Of a stretch of DNA of 64,000 bases, positions 19,973 to 29,358 are shown in pieces (the stretch's first letter is position 1; the number at the start of each line of letters is the position of its first letter). The DNA comes from Alphaproteobacteria bacterium (lineage in GTDB: Bacteria; Pseudomonadota; Alphaproteobacteria; MPNO01; UBA830). The notes beneath the pieces were generated by a model, which saw only the letters and a program-made list of their open reading frames with translations, made no database searches and was not told where the DNA came from. The position numbers were made by a program, and so were the translations under genes. The stretch is taken from contig OZ219790.1 in assembly GCA_964291215.2 (NCBI GenBank), positions 800,001 to 864,000 of the forward strand, given 5' to 3'.

Positions 19973-22900
19973 ATGCTCGACGCCCCCACGGCACCGGACG
20001 CCCTCGCGCGTCCTCTTCCTCCCGCAGTCCCCATCGATCCGGCCGCCCCGTCGGACCGCCCGGCCGCGGGCGACGCCCTGATCGCCGCCGCCCGGACCCT
20101 GCTGCCGGTGCTGGAGGCCGGACGGCCGCTCGACGCCGCGACGCTGCGCGCCGCCATGACAAAGGCCTTCGGCGCCACCGACGCCGGGGGCGGCTGGGTC
20201 TGGAAGGACGCCTATGAAGCCGCCGAGGCGGCCGTGGTGATCTTCATGCAGCGCTACGCCCGGGCCATGCGCCGCAATGCGGGCGGACCCCGCCGCATGC
20301 TGGCGATGCTGGAGGCCGTCGCCGCGCTGGAGCCCTCCCACACCAGGCGCTCCGGGGAACAGGTCCGCCTCCAGCAGTTCTCGACCCCGCTGCCGCTCGC
20401 CTATGCCGCTCTCCAGGCCGCCGCGATCCGGCCGGGCGATACCGTGCTGGAGCCGTCGGCCGGCACCGGCATGCTGGCGATGATGGCGCAGTGCGCGCTC
20501 GGCGACCGGGCGGCAGGCGCGCTCCATCTCAATGAATACGCGCCCACGCGGGCGCGGTTGCTGACGCGGCTCTTCCCCGGGGCCGCCGTCACCGCCTTCA
20601 ATGCCGAGACCATCGCCGACCGGCTGCGCGACGTCCGGCCGACCGTGGTGCTGATGAACCCGCCCTTCTCGGCAACGCCCGGCGTCGACCGCACCGCCCG
20701 CGGCGCCGATCTGCGCCATGTCCGCTCGGCCGCCTCGATGCTGCCGCCGGGCGGGCGGCTGGTCGCGGTCACCTCGGCCCATTGCGCGCCCGGCGGCAGC
20801 GCATGGCGCGATGCCTTCGGCTCGCTCGACGACGCCCGCTGCCTCTTCACCATGGCGATCGACGGCCGCGCCTATGCCAGGCGCGGCACCGGCTTCGACA
20901 CCCGCCTCACCGTGCTGGAGCGCAGCGCCGGACCTGAAGTCGAGCTGGACACGACCGCCCGCGCCGCGAACGCCGCCGAACTGCTCGATGCGGTCGTTTC
21001 GCGGGTTCCTCCCCGGCTTCCGGTCGAGACCGTGCCGATCACCGCGCCGCCGGCAGGTCCCGCGCGCGACCTGTTCGGCAAGGCGCCGCCGCCCGCAAAG
21101 CGGCAGGGACCCAGGCCCGCATCGACTGCCGGGACGCGGCAGGCCCACGACTGGGGGGCGATCTCGGAGCTGGTCGTCGAGACCGGCCCGGTGGAGCCGG
21201 TTGCCGCCGCCGACACCGGCCCCTGGGCGCCCTGGCGGCCGGGCGTCGTCCGGGTGCCGGGGGCGGTCGAGCATCCGACGCCGCTGGTGCAGTCCGCCGC
21301 CATGGCCGCCGTGCCCCATCCGGCGCCGGCATACCGGCCCATGCTGCCGGAGCGCGTGGTGACCGAGGGCCTGCTGTCCGACGCCCAGATCGAGAGCGTC
21401 GTGCTGGCGGGCGAGGCCCATTCCCGCCATCTGGCCGCGCAATACCGCATCGGCTCCGGCTGGGAGACCGTCCACCGCTGCCCGCAGGACGGCGAAGTTG
21501 AAGAACCCGGCACGTCTCCGGCCACCCGGGACAGCCTGCCCCGGACCGGATCCGGGAGCCTGCCCCGGACGGGATCCGGGAGCCTGCCCCGGCCCCGATC
21601 CGGGAGCCTGCCCCGGACCCGATCCGGGAGCCTGCCCCGGACCCGATCCGGGAGCCTGCCCCGGACCCGATCCGGGGACGAGACCCTGTCGGAGCCGGTG
21701 CGTTTCCGCCGGGGCTGGATGCTGGGCGACGGCACCGGCTGCGGCAAGGGCCGGCAGGTCGCCGCCGTCATCCTCGACAACCGGCTGAGGGGCCGGAAGC
21801 GCGCCCTCTGGCTCTCCCAGTCCGACAAGCTGCTGGAGGACGCAAGGCGCGACTGGACCGCGCTCGGCGGGCTGGAAAGCGACGTCATCCCGCTCGGCGC
21901 CTTTCGCCAGGGGCGGGAGATCCCCCTCGACGCCGGCATCCTGTTCGCCACCTACGCCACGCTGCGCTCGCCCTCCCGCCAGGGCAGGCCCTCGCGGCTG
22001 GAACAGATCGTCGAATGGCTCGCCGGCTCATTGGACGAGGAGGACCGCCACGCCTTCGACGGGGTCATCGTCTTCGACGAGGCCCACGCCATGGCCAACG
22101 CCGCCGGCTCGAAGAGCGGACGCGGCGAGACGAAGCCGTCGCAGCAGGGAAGGGCCGGCCTGCGCCTGCAGAACGCGCTGCCCGACGCCCGCATCGCCTA
22201 TGTCTCCGCGACCGGCGCCACCACCCTCCCCGGCCTCGCCTATGCCGGCCGGCTCGGCCTCTGGGCCGCCGGCGAGACGCCGTTCGAGACCCGCACCGCC
22301 TTCGTCTCCGCCATGGAGGCCGGCGGCGTCGCCGCGATGGAGGTCGTTGCGCGCGACCTCAAGGCCCTCGGCCTCTACCAGGCAAGGGCGCTCGCCTATG
22401 ACGGCATCGAGGTCGACATCCTCGAACATTCGCTCACCCCGGAACAGCGGCGCATCTACGACGCCTATGCCGGCGCCTTCAAGGTGATCCACCACAATAT
22501 CGAGGCCGCGCTGAAGGCCACCGGCATCGTCCGCGGCGACGATACCCTCAACAAGAGGGCGAAATCCGCGGCGCTCTCCGCCTTCGAGGGCACGAAGCAG
22601 CGCTTCTTCGGCCACCTGCTCACCGGCATGAAGTGCCCGAGCCTGATCCGCGCCATCGAGGCCGACCTCGAAGCCGGCCGGTCGGCCGTGGTCCAGCTGG
22701 TCTCGACCGGCGAGGCGCTCATGGAGCGGCGCATCGCCGAGGTCCCTGCATCCGAGTGGGACGACCTCAATATCGACCTCACGCCCCGGGACGCCATCCT
22801 GTCCTGCCTGATGCACGCCTTCCCGGTGCAGTTGCAGGAGCCCTTCACCGACGACGGCGGCAAGCTGCTCAGCCGCCCCGCCAGGGACGCCGACGGCAAC

Positions 22901-24592
22901 ACGATCGCCTGCAAGGAGGCCGAGGAGCGGCGCGACGCCCTGATCGAAAAGCTCGCTGCGCTCCCGCCGGTGCCGACGGCGCTGGACCGGATCGTGCAGC
23001 ATTTCGGGCACGAGGCCGTCGCCGAGGTCACCGGCCGGTCGCGGCGCGTGCTGCGCATCGTGGACGCGAAGGGCGAACGCCTCGCGCTGCGCTCGCGGCC
23101 CGCCTCCGCCAATCTCGCCGAGACCGCCGCGTTCATGGACGGAAGCAAGCGCATCCTGGTGTTCTCCATGGCCGGCGGGACGGGCAGGAGCTACCATGCC
23201 GACCTCTCCTGCGGGAACACGGAGCGGCGCATCCACTACCTGCTGGAGCCGGGCTGGCGGGCCGACCAGGCGATCCAGGGGCTGGGCCGCACCCACAGGA
23301 CGCACCAGGCCAGCGCGCCGCTGTTCCGGCCCGTCACCACCGACGTGAAGGGCGAGCGAAGGTTCATCGCCACCATCGCCCGGCGGCTCGACAGCCTGGG
23401 CGCCATCACCCGCGGCCAGCGCGACAGCCAGACCGCCATGGGCGACGCCGCGCTGTTCCGCGAGAGCGACAACCTGGAGAGCGCCTACGCGAAGGCGGCG
23501 CTCAGGCAGTTCTACGGCGCGCTCTGGCGCGGCGCCATCGAGGGCTGGAACGCGGAACGGTTCCAGGAGTCGACCGGCCTCAGGATCGTCCACGAGGGCG
23601 GGCTCAAGGACGACCTGCCGCCGATGCCGAAGTTCCTCAACCGGCTGCTGGCGCTCCCCATCGCCGAGCAGAACCGGCTCTTCGCCGAGCTGGAAGAACG
23701 CATCGCCGCCAATATCGAGCAGGCGATCGAGGCCGGCAGCTACGAGCGGGGGGTCGAGACGGTCACCGCCGACTCGCTCACCATCGCCGGCAGGGAGACG
23801 CTCCATGAACATCCCGGCGCCGGGGCCGCCACCGAACTGGTCGGGATCGTCCGCCGCGACAGGCTCATGCCGCTCACGGCCGATGCCGCGCTGGAGATCG
23901 GAAGCCGCGATCCGGGGCCGGACGGGAAGCCCCGTCTGGCGGTCAACGCGCGCTCGAAGCGCGCCGCCGTCCTGCTGCCCGCCCCGTCGCGCATGCTCGA
24001 CGACGGCGGGGTGCAGGAACGCGTACAGCTGCTCCGCCCCGCCACACGGGACCGCATGGCCCGGGCCGAGTTCGCCGCTTCCAGCTGGGGGCAGGCCGAC
24101 GAAGCCCGCTGGCGCATGCTCTGGGACGCCGAGACCGCCGGCCTGCCGTCCCACCGCGAGTCCCGCTTCTGGCTCGCCACCGGCCTGCTGCTGCCCGTCT
24201 GGGACCGCCTCCCGGCCGAGAACATGCGCGTCCGCCGGCTCACCAGCGACGACGGCATGGCCCTCATCGGGCGCGTGCTCGACGCGGAGCAGGTGCGCGC
24301 CGTGCGCGCCGGCTTCGGCCTCGACGGCGGACCCGCCATGACCGGCGCGGAAGCCTTCGCGGCGGTGATGGAACGCGGCAACCCGCTCGCGCTCGCCAAT
24401 GGCTGGCGGCTCGCCCGCCGCCGTCTCATGGGCGCTGACCGGGTCGAGGTCGAGGGGCCGGCCGATACCGACCTGCCGGCGCTCCGGCGCATGGGCTGCG
24501 CGATCGAGATCATCTCGTTCCGCGCCCGGATATTCGCGCCGAACGCCGGCGCGCTGGAACGCATCCTCGAACGCTGGCCGCTCGCCGCATGA
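19973..24592 (+). CDS. DNA methyltransferase-like domain fused to a strawberry-notch-type SF2 helicase
   Basis: QQFSTP, LEPSAGTG and MNPPF (amino-MTase); LGDGTGCGKGRQ, FDEAH, SATG, GGTGRSYHA, QGLGRTHR (Sno helicase). Confidence 0.92.
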   Translation: MLDAPTAPDALARPLPPAVPIDPAAPSDRPAAGDALIAAARTLLPVLEAGRPLDAATLRAAMTKAFGATDAGGGWVWKDAYEAAEAAVVIFMQRYARAMRRNAGGPRRMLAMLEAVAALEPSHTRRSGEQVRLQQFSTPLPLAYAALQAAAIRPGDTVLEPSAGTGMLAMMAQCALGDRAAGALHLNEYAPTRARLLTRLFPGAAVTAFNAETIADRLRDVRPTVVLMNPPFSATPGVDRTARGADLRHVRSAASMLPPGGRLVAVTSAHCAPGGSAWRDAFGSLDDARCLFTMAIDGRAYARRGTGFDTRLTVLERSAGPEVELDTTARAANAAELLDAVVSRVPPRLPVETVPITAPPAGPARDLFGKAPPPAKRQGPRPASTAGTRQAHDWGAISELVVETGPVEPVAAADTGPWAPWRPGVVRVPGAVEHPTPLVQSAAMAAVPHPAPAYRPMLPERVVTEGLLSDAQIESVVLAGEAHSRHLAAQYRIGSGWETVHRCPQDGEVEEPGTSPATRDSLPRTGSGSLPRTGSGSLPRPRSGSLPRTRSGSLPRTRSGSLPRTRSGDETLSEPVRFRRGWMLGDGTGCGKGRQVAAVILDNRLRGRKRALWLSQSDKLLEDARRDWTALGGLESDVIPLGAFRQGREIPLDAGILFATYATLRSPSRQGRPSRLEQIVEWLAGSLDEEDRHAFDGVIVFDEAHAMANAAGSKSGRGETKPSQQGRAGLRLQNALPDARIAYVSATGATTLPGLAYAGRLGLWAAGETPFETRTAFVSAMEAGGVAAMEVVARDLKALGLYQARALAYDGIEVDILEHSLTPEQRRIYDAYAGAFKVIHHNIEAALKATGIVRGDDTLNKRAKSAALSAFEGTKQRFFGHLLTGMKCPSLIRAIEADLEAGRSAVVQLVSTGEALMERRIAEVPASEWDDLNIDLTPRDAILSCLMHAFPVQLQEPFTDDGGKLLSRPARDADGNTIACKEAEERRDALIEKLAALPPVPTALDRIVQHFGHEAVAEVTGRSRRVLRIVDAKGERLALRSRPASANLAETAAFMDGSKRILVFSMAGGTGRSYHADLSCGNTERRIHYLLEPGWRADQAIQGLGRTHRTHQASAPLFRPVTTDVKGERRFIATIARRLDSLGAITRGQRDSQTAMGDAALFRESDNLESAYAKAALRQFYGALWRGAIEGWNAERFQESTGLRIVHEGGLKDDLPPMPKFLNRLLALPIAEQNRLFAELEERIAANIEQAIEAGSYERGVETVTADSLTIAGRETLHEHPGAGAATELVGIVRRDRLMPLTADAALEIGSRDPGPDGKPRLAVNARSKRAAVLLPAPSRMLDDGGVQERVQLLRPATRDRMARAEFAASSWGQADEARWRMLWDAETAGLPSHRESRFWLATGLLLPVWDRLPAENMRVRRLTSDDGMALIGRVLDAEQVRAVRAGFGLDGGPAMTGAEAFAAVMERGNPLALANGWRLARRRLMGADRVEVEGPADTDLPALRRMGCAIEIISFRARIFAPNAGALERILERWPLAA
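21533..21676 (+). repeat. Six tandem 24-bp palindromic units AGCCTGCCCCGGACCCGATCCGGG, in frame (SLPRTRSG-like x6)
   Basis: Six contiguous units; units 1-3 each differ from the consensus at one or two central positions. Confidence 0.95.
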
Positions 24593-24678
24593 CTCACGGA
24601 GAATTCCCCCGTTCAATGCCCGGCCGGGATACGTATTGCCGGCCGGGCGGCCGCCGACCCGACAAGGAGACCGACGCC

Positions 24679-24948
24679 ATGACCGCGCAGACCCTGCCGG
24701 ACTGCCCGAACTTCTGCTTCGCGCCCGCCTGGGACATCGAGGTCGATGCCCAGCAGATCAGGATCGTCATCGAAGGCCTCGCCGGGCATGTCCCCACCGC
24801 ACTCATCGCCCTCGACCTCGACGATGCTCTCGGCCTTTGCGACAGGCTGAACCGTCGGCTCGGTTACGACCGCGAGGCCTGGACCGCCATGGCGGCGGCG
24901 TCCATGCGCACCGGGGACGGCGATCCCGACAGCGAGCCGTGGCACTGA
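24679..24948 (+). CDS. Small hypothetical protein
   Basis: AAGGAGA RBS; ordered-looking sequence (FCFAPAWDIEVD...LCDRLNRRLG). Confidence 0.65.
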   Translation: MTAQTLPDCPNFCFAPAWDIEVDAQQIRIVIEGLAGHVPTALIALDLDDALGLCDRLNRRLGYDREAWTAMAAASMRTGDGDPDSEPWH

Positions 24949-25600
24949 GGCTGAACCGCCCTCCGATCGTTGCCTTCGCGACGCCGCCTCCCTTCCGGCC
25001 CGACGGAACAGGCGGCCCGACCGTGTTCGTCTTCCTGCTGCGCCGCCGGCCCGTCGCCGTCCGGCGACCCATGGGGGCTCGCACATGGCGGCCATGCTCC
25101 GCTGCCGGCCCGCCGACGCGTGCAGTCATCCGCGCCGCGCGAGCCATGGCCGGGCGATCCGGACCGGCAGGACGGGCAGCACCGCCGCTGCCGCCGGCCG
25201 GGGCAGGCCCGCGAACAACGCCGCCGGAACTGCCGCGGCGCCCGGACTGTGCGCCGATAGCCCGGGCGCCGGAGGCGTCGGCAGCCGAGCGCCCCGGATC
25301 GGTGTTCCGGCCAGGCAGCGGCAGACCGCAGGGCGCGAGGAACGCGAGCGATGCCGCGGCCGTCAGCAGCTCCCCCGGACCCGCAAACGCACCGGCGGCG
25401 TCCGGCCCGCAAGGAAGCGCCAGTGGCCCGGAGGCCGCGCCGCGCCATCGATCCCCGCCCGTTCATGCGCACCAATGCCCCGGGGCGGCAATGCAGGCGA
25501 GGCCGACCCGTTCGCGCCGCAGAGGTGGAGAGGAGCGCGCGGGGGAGCGAAGCCGCTGACGGAGAGGTAGCGGCGGTAATCGCAACCGGGGAGATCGGAC

Positions 25601-26146
25601 ATGGCGACATTGCGATATGCGGGGATCGGGGCGCGGGCGACACCGACGGCCGTGCTGGCGGATATGGGCGTCATCGCGGGATGGCTGGCCCGGACCGGCT
25701 GGCATCTGTCTTCCGGCGGGGCGGACGGGGCCGATGCTGCGTTTGCGGCGGGAGCGTCAGCAGAGCAGCGGACGATCTGGCTGCCGTGGCGGGGCTATAA
25801 CGGGCATCGCGGCGCCGACTGCCGGACCCTGTCTCCGGCGGCGATGGCGGCAAGCCTGGAGATCGCGGCGCCCCTGCATCCGGCCTGGGAGCGCTGTTCG
25901 CCGGCCGTGCGCAAGCTGCATGCCCGGAACGCGGCGGTGGTGCTCGGCGGGACCCTGGAGCGCCCGGTCGATGCGGTCGTGTGCTGGAGCGAACGCGGCG
26001 CGTCAACCGGCGGCACGGGCATGGCCATCCGCATCGCCCGGACCCGCGGCATCCCGGTTCTGAACCTGGGGTCGATGCCGCCGCGCGCCGTCTGTGAGCG
26101 CCTGGCCGCGATCCGCCGCGCCGTCCCCCCGTGTAGAGAGGAGTGA
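25601..26146 (+). CDS. SLOG-superfamily (DprA/Smf-like Rossmann) protein
   Basis: YAGIGARATP, LSSGGADGADAAF, LHARN, GGTGMAIRIA...GIPVLNL. Confidence 0.82.
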   Translation: MATLRYAGIGARATPTAVLADMGVIAGWLARTGWHLSSGGADGADAAFAAGASAEQRTIWLPWRGYNGHRGADCRTLSPAAMAASLEIAAPLHPAWERCSPAVRKLHARNAAVVLGGTLERPVDAVVCWSERGASTGGTGMAIRIARTRGIPVLNLGSMPPRAVCERLAAIRRAVPPCREE

Positions 26147-26257
26147 GGCGCCTGCCGGGCGAGTGTCCGGCAGGGCGGAGGAGAGGACTCCCCGCCGATG
26201 CCGGATCGGTGTCCGGCACAGGTTGCCGGGCAGGGCAACGGCAGAGGAGTTCCCGCC

Positions 26258-26509
26258 ATGTTTCATCCCGATACATCCCTCGACCTTCCGACCGGCTGCG
26301 ACCTGCTCGCCGAACTCGGCGTCGACCGCCGCACCGTCCGCGAGATCACGGAGGACGAGCGCGCCATCCGCTGTCCCGACCGGGGCGCGGCCTGTCCGGT
26401 GCACGGCTTCGCGAGCCTCTTCCCGGAACCGGCCCTCGGGATGTCCCTCCAGGAAGCGGCGCCGGCGGAGCTCCGGGACCCGGCGGCGGCGCTCCCTCCG
26501 GCGGCATAG
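26258..26509 (+). CDS. Small hypothetical protein
   Basis: GAGGAG RBS before ATG 26258; 83 aa. Confidence 0.5.
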   Translation: MFHPDTSLDLPTGCDLLAELGVDRRTVREITEDERAIRCPDRGAACPVHGFASLFPEPALGMSLQEAAPAELRDPAAALPPAA

Positions 26510-26618
26510 AGGGGAGGAGGGCCTGAAGAGATTGAACGGTCGGGGGTTCGGGGGAGTGACCCCGGCCCCGGTCGTTCGCAACCCATCGTCATCAACGCGA
26601 ACCTGAAGGAGTATCGCA

Positions 26619-27062
26619 ATGAGTTTCGGATTGAACAAGGTGCAGATCATCGGCCGCCTCGGCGCCGACGTCACCATCAACCACCTCGCATCGGGCGGGC
26701 GCGTCGCCAACCTGAGCATCGCGACTGACGAGTCGTTCATCAACAAGCAGACCGGCGAGAAGGTCGACAGGACCGAGTGGCACCGGGTCGTGACCTTCCA
26801 GGACGGGCTGATCGACATGCTCGGGAAGCACGCCACCAAGGGCCGGCTGGTCTACATCGACGGCAAGCTCCAGACTCGGCGCTGGTCGAAGCCGGGCGAG
26901 GACGGCGACCGCTTCTCGACCGAGATCCTGCTGGTCCCCGGCGGGCGCGTCCAGTTCCTCGACAAGCCGAACGGCAACGCCGCGCAGCCCGGCCCGGACG
27001 CGGCGGACGGCTCCGCGCCGGCCGGCGGCGACCCGATGGACGGGGACGAGATCCCGTTCTAG
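26619..27062 (+). CDS. ssb: Single-stranded DNA-binding protein
   Basis: LNKVQIIGRLGAD, TEWHRVV, KGRLVYIDGKLQTRRW; acidic tail DGDEIPF. Confidence 0.96.
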   Translation: MSFGLNKVQIIGRLGADVTINHLASGGRVANLSIATDESFINKQTGEKVDRTEWHRVVTFQDGLIDMLGKHATKGRLVYIDGKLQTRRWSKPGEDGDRFSTEILLVPGGRVQFLDKPNGNAAQPGPDAADGSAPAGGDPMDGDEIPF

Positions 27063-27088
27063 AGCTTCCCGTTCTTCCTTCCCCACAG

Positions 27089-27119
27089 GGCCGGCGCCTC
27101 GCGCGCCGGCCTTTTTTTT
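27089..27119 (+). terminator. Rho-independent terminator after ssb
   Basis: GGCCGGCGC / GCGCCGGCC stem followed by T8. Confidence 0.85.
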
Positions 27120-27251
27120 GCAGCCGAACCGGAGCCGGTCCGTCCGGGCGCCGCGCCCGCGCCTGGCGCGGGCCGCTCGCCTTCCGGCGCCGTCCGGAGG
27201 CGGAGGGCGGCCGGTATCGGGCGTCCCGCTCGACCTGAAAGGAAGTTCCGC

Positions 27252-28409
27252 ATGCAGCACCAACCGTCTCCCGCCGCCGCCATCGCCGCCGCGCTTGCCG
27301 CGCGCGCCGAGGCGGTCTGCCGACGCTATCTGCCCCATGGCCGCCGGCAGGGCCGCTACTGGATCTGCGGCGACCTCGACGGCGCCCGCGGACGCTCGCT
27401 CTTCGTCCGCCTGCGCGGACCCGGCACGCCGGGCAAGTGGACCGATGCGGCCCGGGGCACGCACGGCGACCTGCTCGACCTGATCCGCTACCGCTCGGAC
27501 GCGCCGACGCTGCGCGCGGCGCTCGACGAGGCGCGGCGCTTCCTCGCCCTGGAGCCTGCCCCGGACAGTGCCCGGACCTGTTCCGGGTATCCGGGGGCCC
27601 CGGACGCGCCCTGGGACGCGACAGAGGCTGCCCGCCGCCTGTGGCGGCGCTGCCGCGCCATCGACGCCACCCATGCCGAGCGTTATCTCCACGCCCGGGG
27701 CCTCGCGCGCTGCCGCTTCGCGGCGCTGCGCTTTCACCCGGAGCTTCGCTACCGCGAAGGCTCCCTGGTGCGCCGCCTCCCGGCGCTGGTCGCCGCCGTC
27801 ACCGGCGGCGACCCCGGATACCCGGAACAGGTCCGGGCACTGTCCGGGGCAGGCGGCCCGATCCTCGGCGTGCAGCGCACCTGGCTCGATCCCCGCGCAC
27901 CCGCCAAGGCGGACGTCGCCGCGCCGCGCAAGGCGCTCGGACGCATCCACGGCCTCGCGGTGCGCTTCGGCGCGCCTGCCGGCCACGCGCCGCTCGTCGT
28001 CGGCGAGGGCATCGAGACGGTCCTCTCGCTGGTCACCGCCGTGCCCGAGATCACGGCCGCCGCCGCGCTCTCCGCCGGGAGCCTCGGCGCGTTCGCGCCG
28101 CCGCCCGGCCTCGCGCGGCTGGTCATCGCGCAGGACAATGACGAGCACGGCGCGCTCGCGGCCGAACGCCTCGCCCGGCGCTGCGCGCGGGCCGGCGTCG
28201 CCGCCACCGTCATCCTGCCCGCCGGCAACGACTTCAACGACGACCTCGTCGCCCTCGGCCCGGCAACGCTCCGCGCCCGCTTCGCGCCGCTGTTCCGTAC
28301 CGCCGCCTGCGCCTCCGGCTCCCCGGCCGGCGCGGGCTCCCGGTCCGCCGGAGGAAGAGGAGAGCGGAGGGTCGGGCAAGCCGACCCGAAGAGTGGAGGG
28401 AGTTCATGA
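27252..28409 (+). CDS. Toprim-domain primase-like protein
   Basis: YLPHGRRQGRYWICGD...GKWTDAA...GDLLDL, AERYLHARG, LRFHP, GVQRTWL, VGEGIET.LS, IAQDND, DFNDDL. Confidence 0.88.
   Translation: MQHQPSPAAAIAAALAARAEAVCRRYLPHGRRQGRYWICGDLDGARGRSLFVRLRGPGTPGKWTDAARGTHGDLLDLIRYRSDAPTLRAALDEARRFLALEPAPDSARTCSGYPGAPDAPWDATEAARRLWRRCRAIDATHAERYLHARGLARCRFAALRFHPELRYREGSLVRRLPALVAAVTGGDPGYPEQVRALSGAGGPILGVQRTWLDPRAPAKADVAAPRKALGRIHGLAVRFGAPAGHAPLVVGEGIETVLSLVTAVPEITAAAALSAGSLGAFAPPPGLARLVIAQDNDEHGALAAERLARRCARAGVAATVILPAGNDFNDDLVALGPATLRARFAPLFRTAACASGSPAGAGSRSAGGRGERRVGQADPKSGGSS
27554..27596 (+). repeat. Nested palindromic element, copy A (in frame in the primase gene)
   Basis: GCCTGCCCCGGACAGTGCCCGGACCTGTTCCGGGTATCCGGGG; exact reverse complement of 27812-27854. 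Confidence 0.9.
27812..27854 (-). repeat. Nested palindromic element, copy B (inverted; about 14-aa in-frame insert PGYPEQVRALSGAG)
   Basis: Reverse complement of copy A; interrupts the AAVTxxD-GxIxGVQRTWL motif. Confidence 0.9.
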
Positions 28410-28762
28410 AAGCCGTCGTCAACCTGAAAACCGAGACCCGGCTGCGCGAGGCGTTCGAATACGCGCAGGTCGTCGACAACACCGTGCTGATCGACCGCCG
28501 CACCAGGTGGGGCAATCCTTTTGTCATGGGCAGGGACGGCACCCGCGACGAGGTGATCGAAAAATACCGCGCCGACCTCTGGCGCCGCATCCGCGCGGGC
28601 GAGATTACCCTCGAAGAGCTGGCCGGACTGGACGGCTGCTGGCTCGCCTGCTGGTGCGAGCCGCTGCCCTGCCACGGCGATGTCCTCGCCCGGGCCGCAG
28701 AATGGGCATCCGGGCAGCTGGCGCAGCGCAACACCGGCCGGACGGAAGGAGGCGCGTCATGA
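28406..28762 (+). CDS. DUF4326 domain protein
   Basis: IDRRTRWGNPF...RDEVIEKY...L.G..LACWCEPLPCHGDVL. Confidence 0.9.
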   Translation: MKAVVNLKTETRLREAFEYAQVVDNTVLIDRRTRWGNPFVMGRDGTRDEVIEKYRADLWRRIRAGEITLEELAGLDGCWLACWCEPLPCHGDVLARAAEWASGQLAQRNTGRTEGGAS

Positions 28763-28986
28763 GCACCATCTCCTTCCGCCGCATCGCCCCCGACGAATCC
28801 CGCATCTACCGGGACGGCGATCATGTCGGAGACGTCCACGCCTTCGACGACAGCATCCGGCCGGGGCGCAGGGTGTTCGCCATACATCTCGACGAGGACC
28901 CGCGCGGCCCCGTCTATCTCCACGACCGCGCCCGCATCCGCGACACCGCCCGGCAGCGGGTCGACTCCCATCCCCTGTGGAACTGA
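28759..28986 (+). CDS. Small hypothetical protein (75 aa)
   Basis: AGGAGG RBS and ATGA overlap with DUF4326; MSTISFRRIAPDESRIYRDGDHVGDV. Confidence 0.7.
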   Translation: MSTISFRRIAPDESRIYRDGDHVGDVHAFDDSIRPGRRVFAIHLDEDPRGPVYLHDRARIRDTARQRVDSHPLWN

Positions 28987-29166
28987 CGCAAGGGCGGGCA
29001 GGACCGGAAATCCTTCCCCGCGCCGGGCCGGGACGAAACGACGATGGGGTCCGTGCAGGGCGAGAGAAATACGCCACCCCGCTGTGATCTCCAATCGTGT
29101 CACACGGGCTCGCGACAGCAACCCCTGCGGGGTCCTCCGGTCGCTCCGCTCCCTGCGGCCCGGCCA

Positions 29167-29269
29167 AGAAGCTCTACGGGCGGACCGTGAAAGTCGACGA
29201 CCGTGAAGATCGCAGGGCGATCTTCCGCACCATCGCCGACTTTCCGCACCACTCCGCCCAAGAGCTTCT
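29167..29269. promoter_or_regulatory. Long nested stem-loop upstream of the oriT-proximal gene (Frpo/ssi-like ssDNA promoter candidate)
   Basis: Nested arms AGAAGCTCT/AGAGCTTCT, GGGCGGA/TCCGCCC, AAAGTCG/CGACTTT, GAAGATCGC/GCGATCTTC. The structure is seen directly; the function is inferred. Confidence 0.6.
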
Positions 29270-29358
29270 ACGCCCGGGTGCTTCTGCTGCGCGCGCGTGC
29301 CCCGACAGGACATCACAACGGGGATCGGCCCCGAACGTGAAACCGAAAGGAAAACGAC

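Noticed and set aside
21533-21676. CRISPR array (24-bp palindromic repeats)
   Set aside because: The units are contiguous with no spacers, lie in frame in a gene, and no cas genes are present.
24949-25600. Protein-coding ORFs in this spacer
   Set aside because: All frames are low-complexity with no RBS; extensive self-complementarity suggests structured non-coding DNA.
26149-26220. Further copies of the palindromic element (CCTGCCGG...CCGGCAGG hairpins)
   Set aside because: Only partly similar and lacking the CCCCGGA/ATCCGGG stem; treated as ordinary hairpins.
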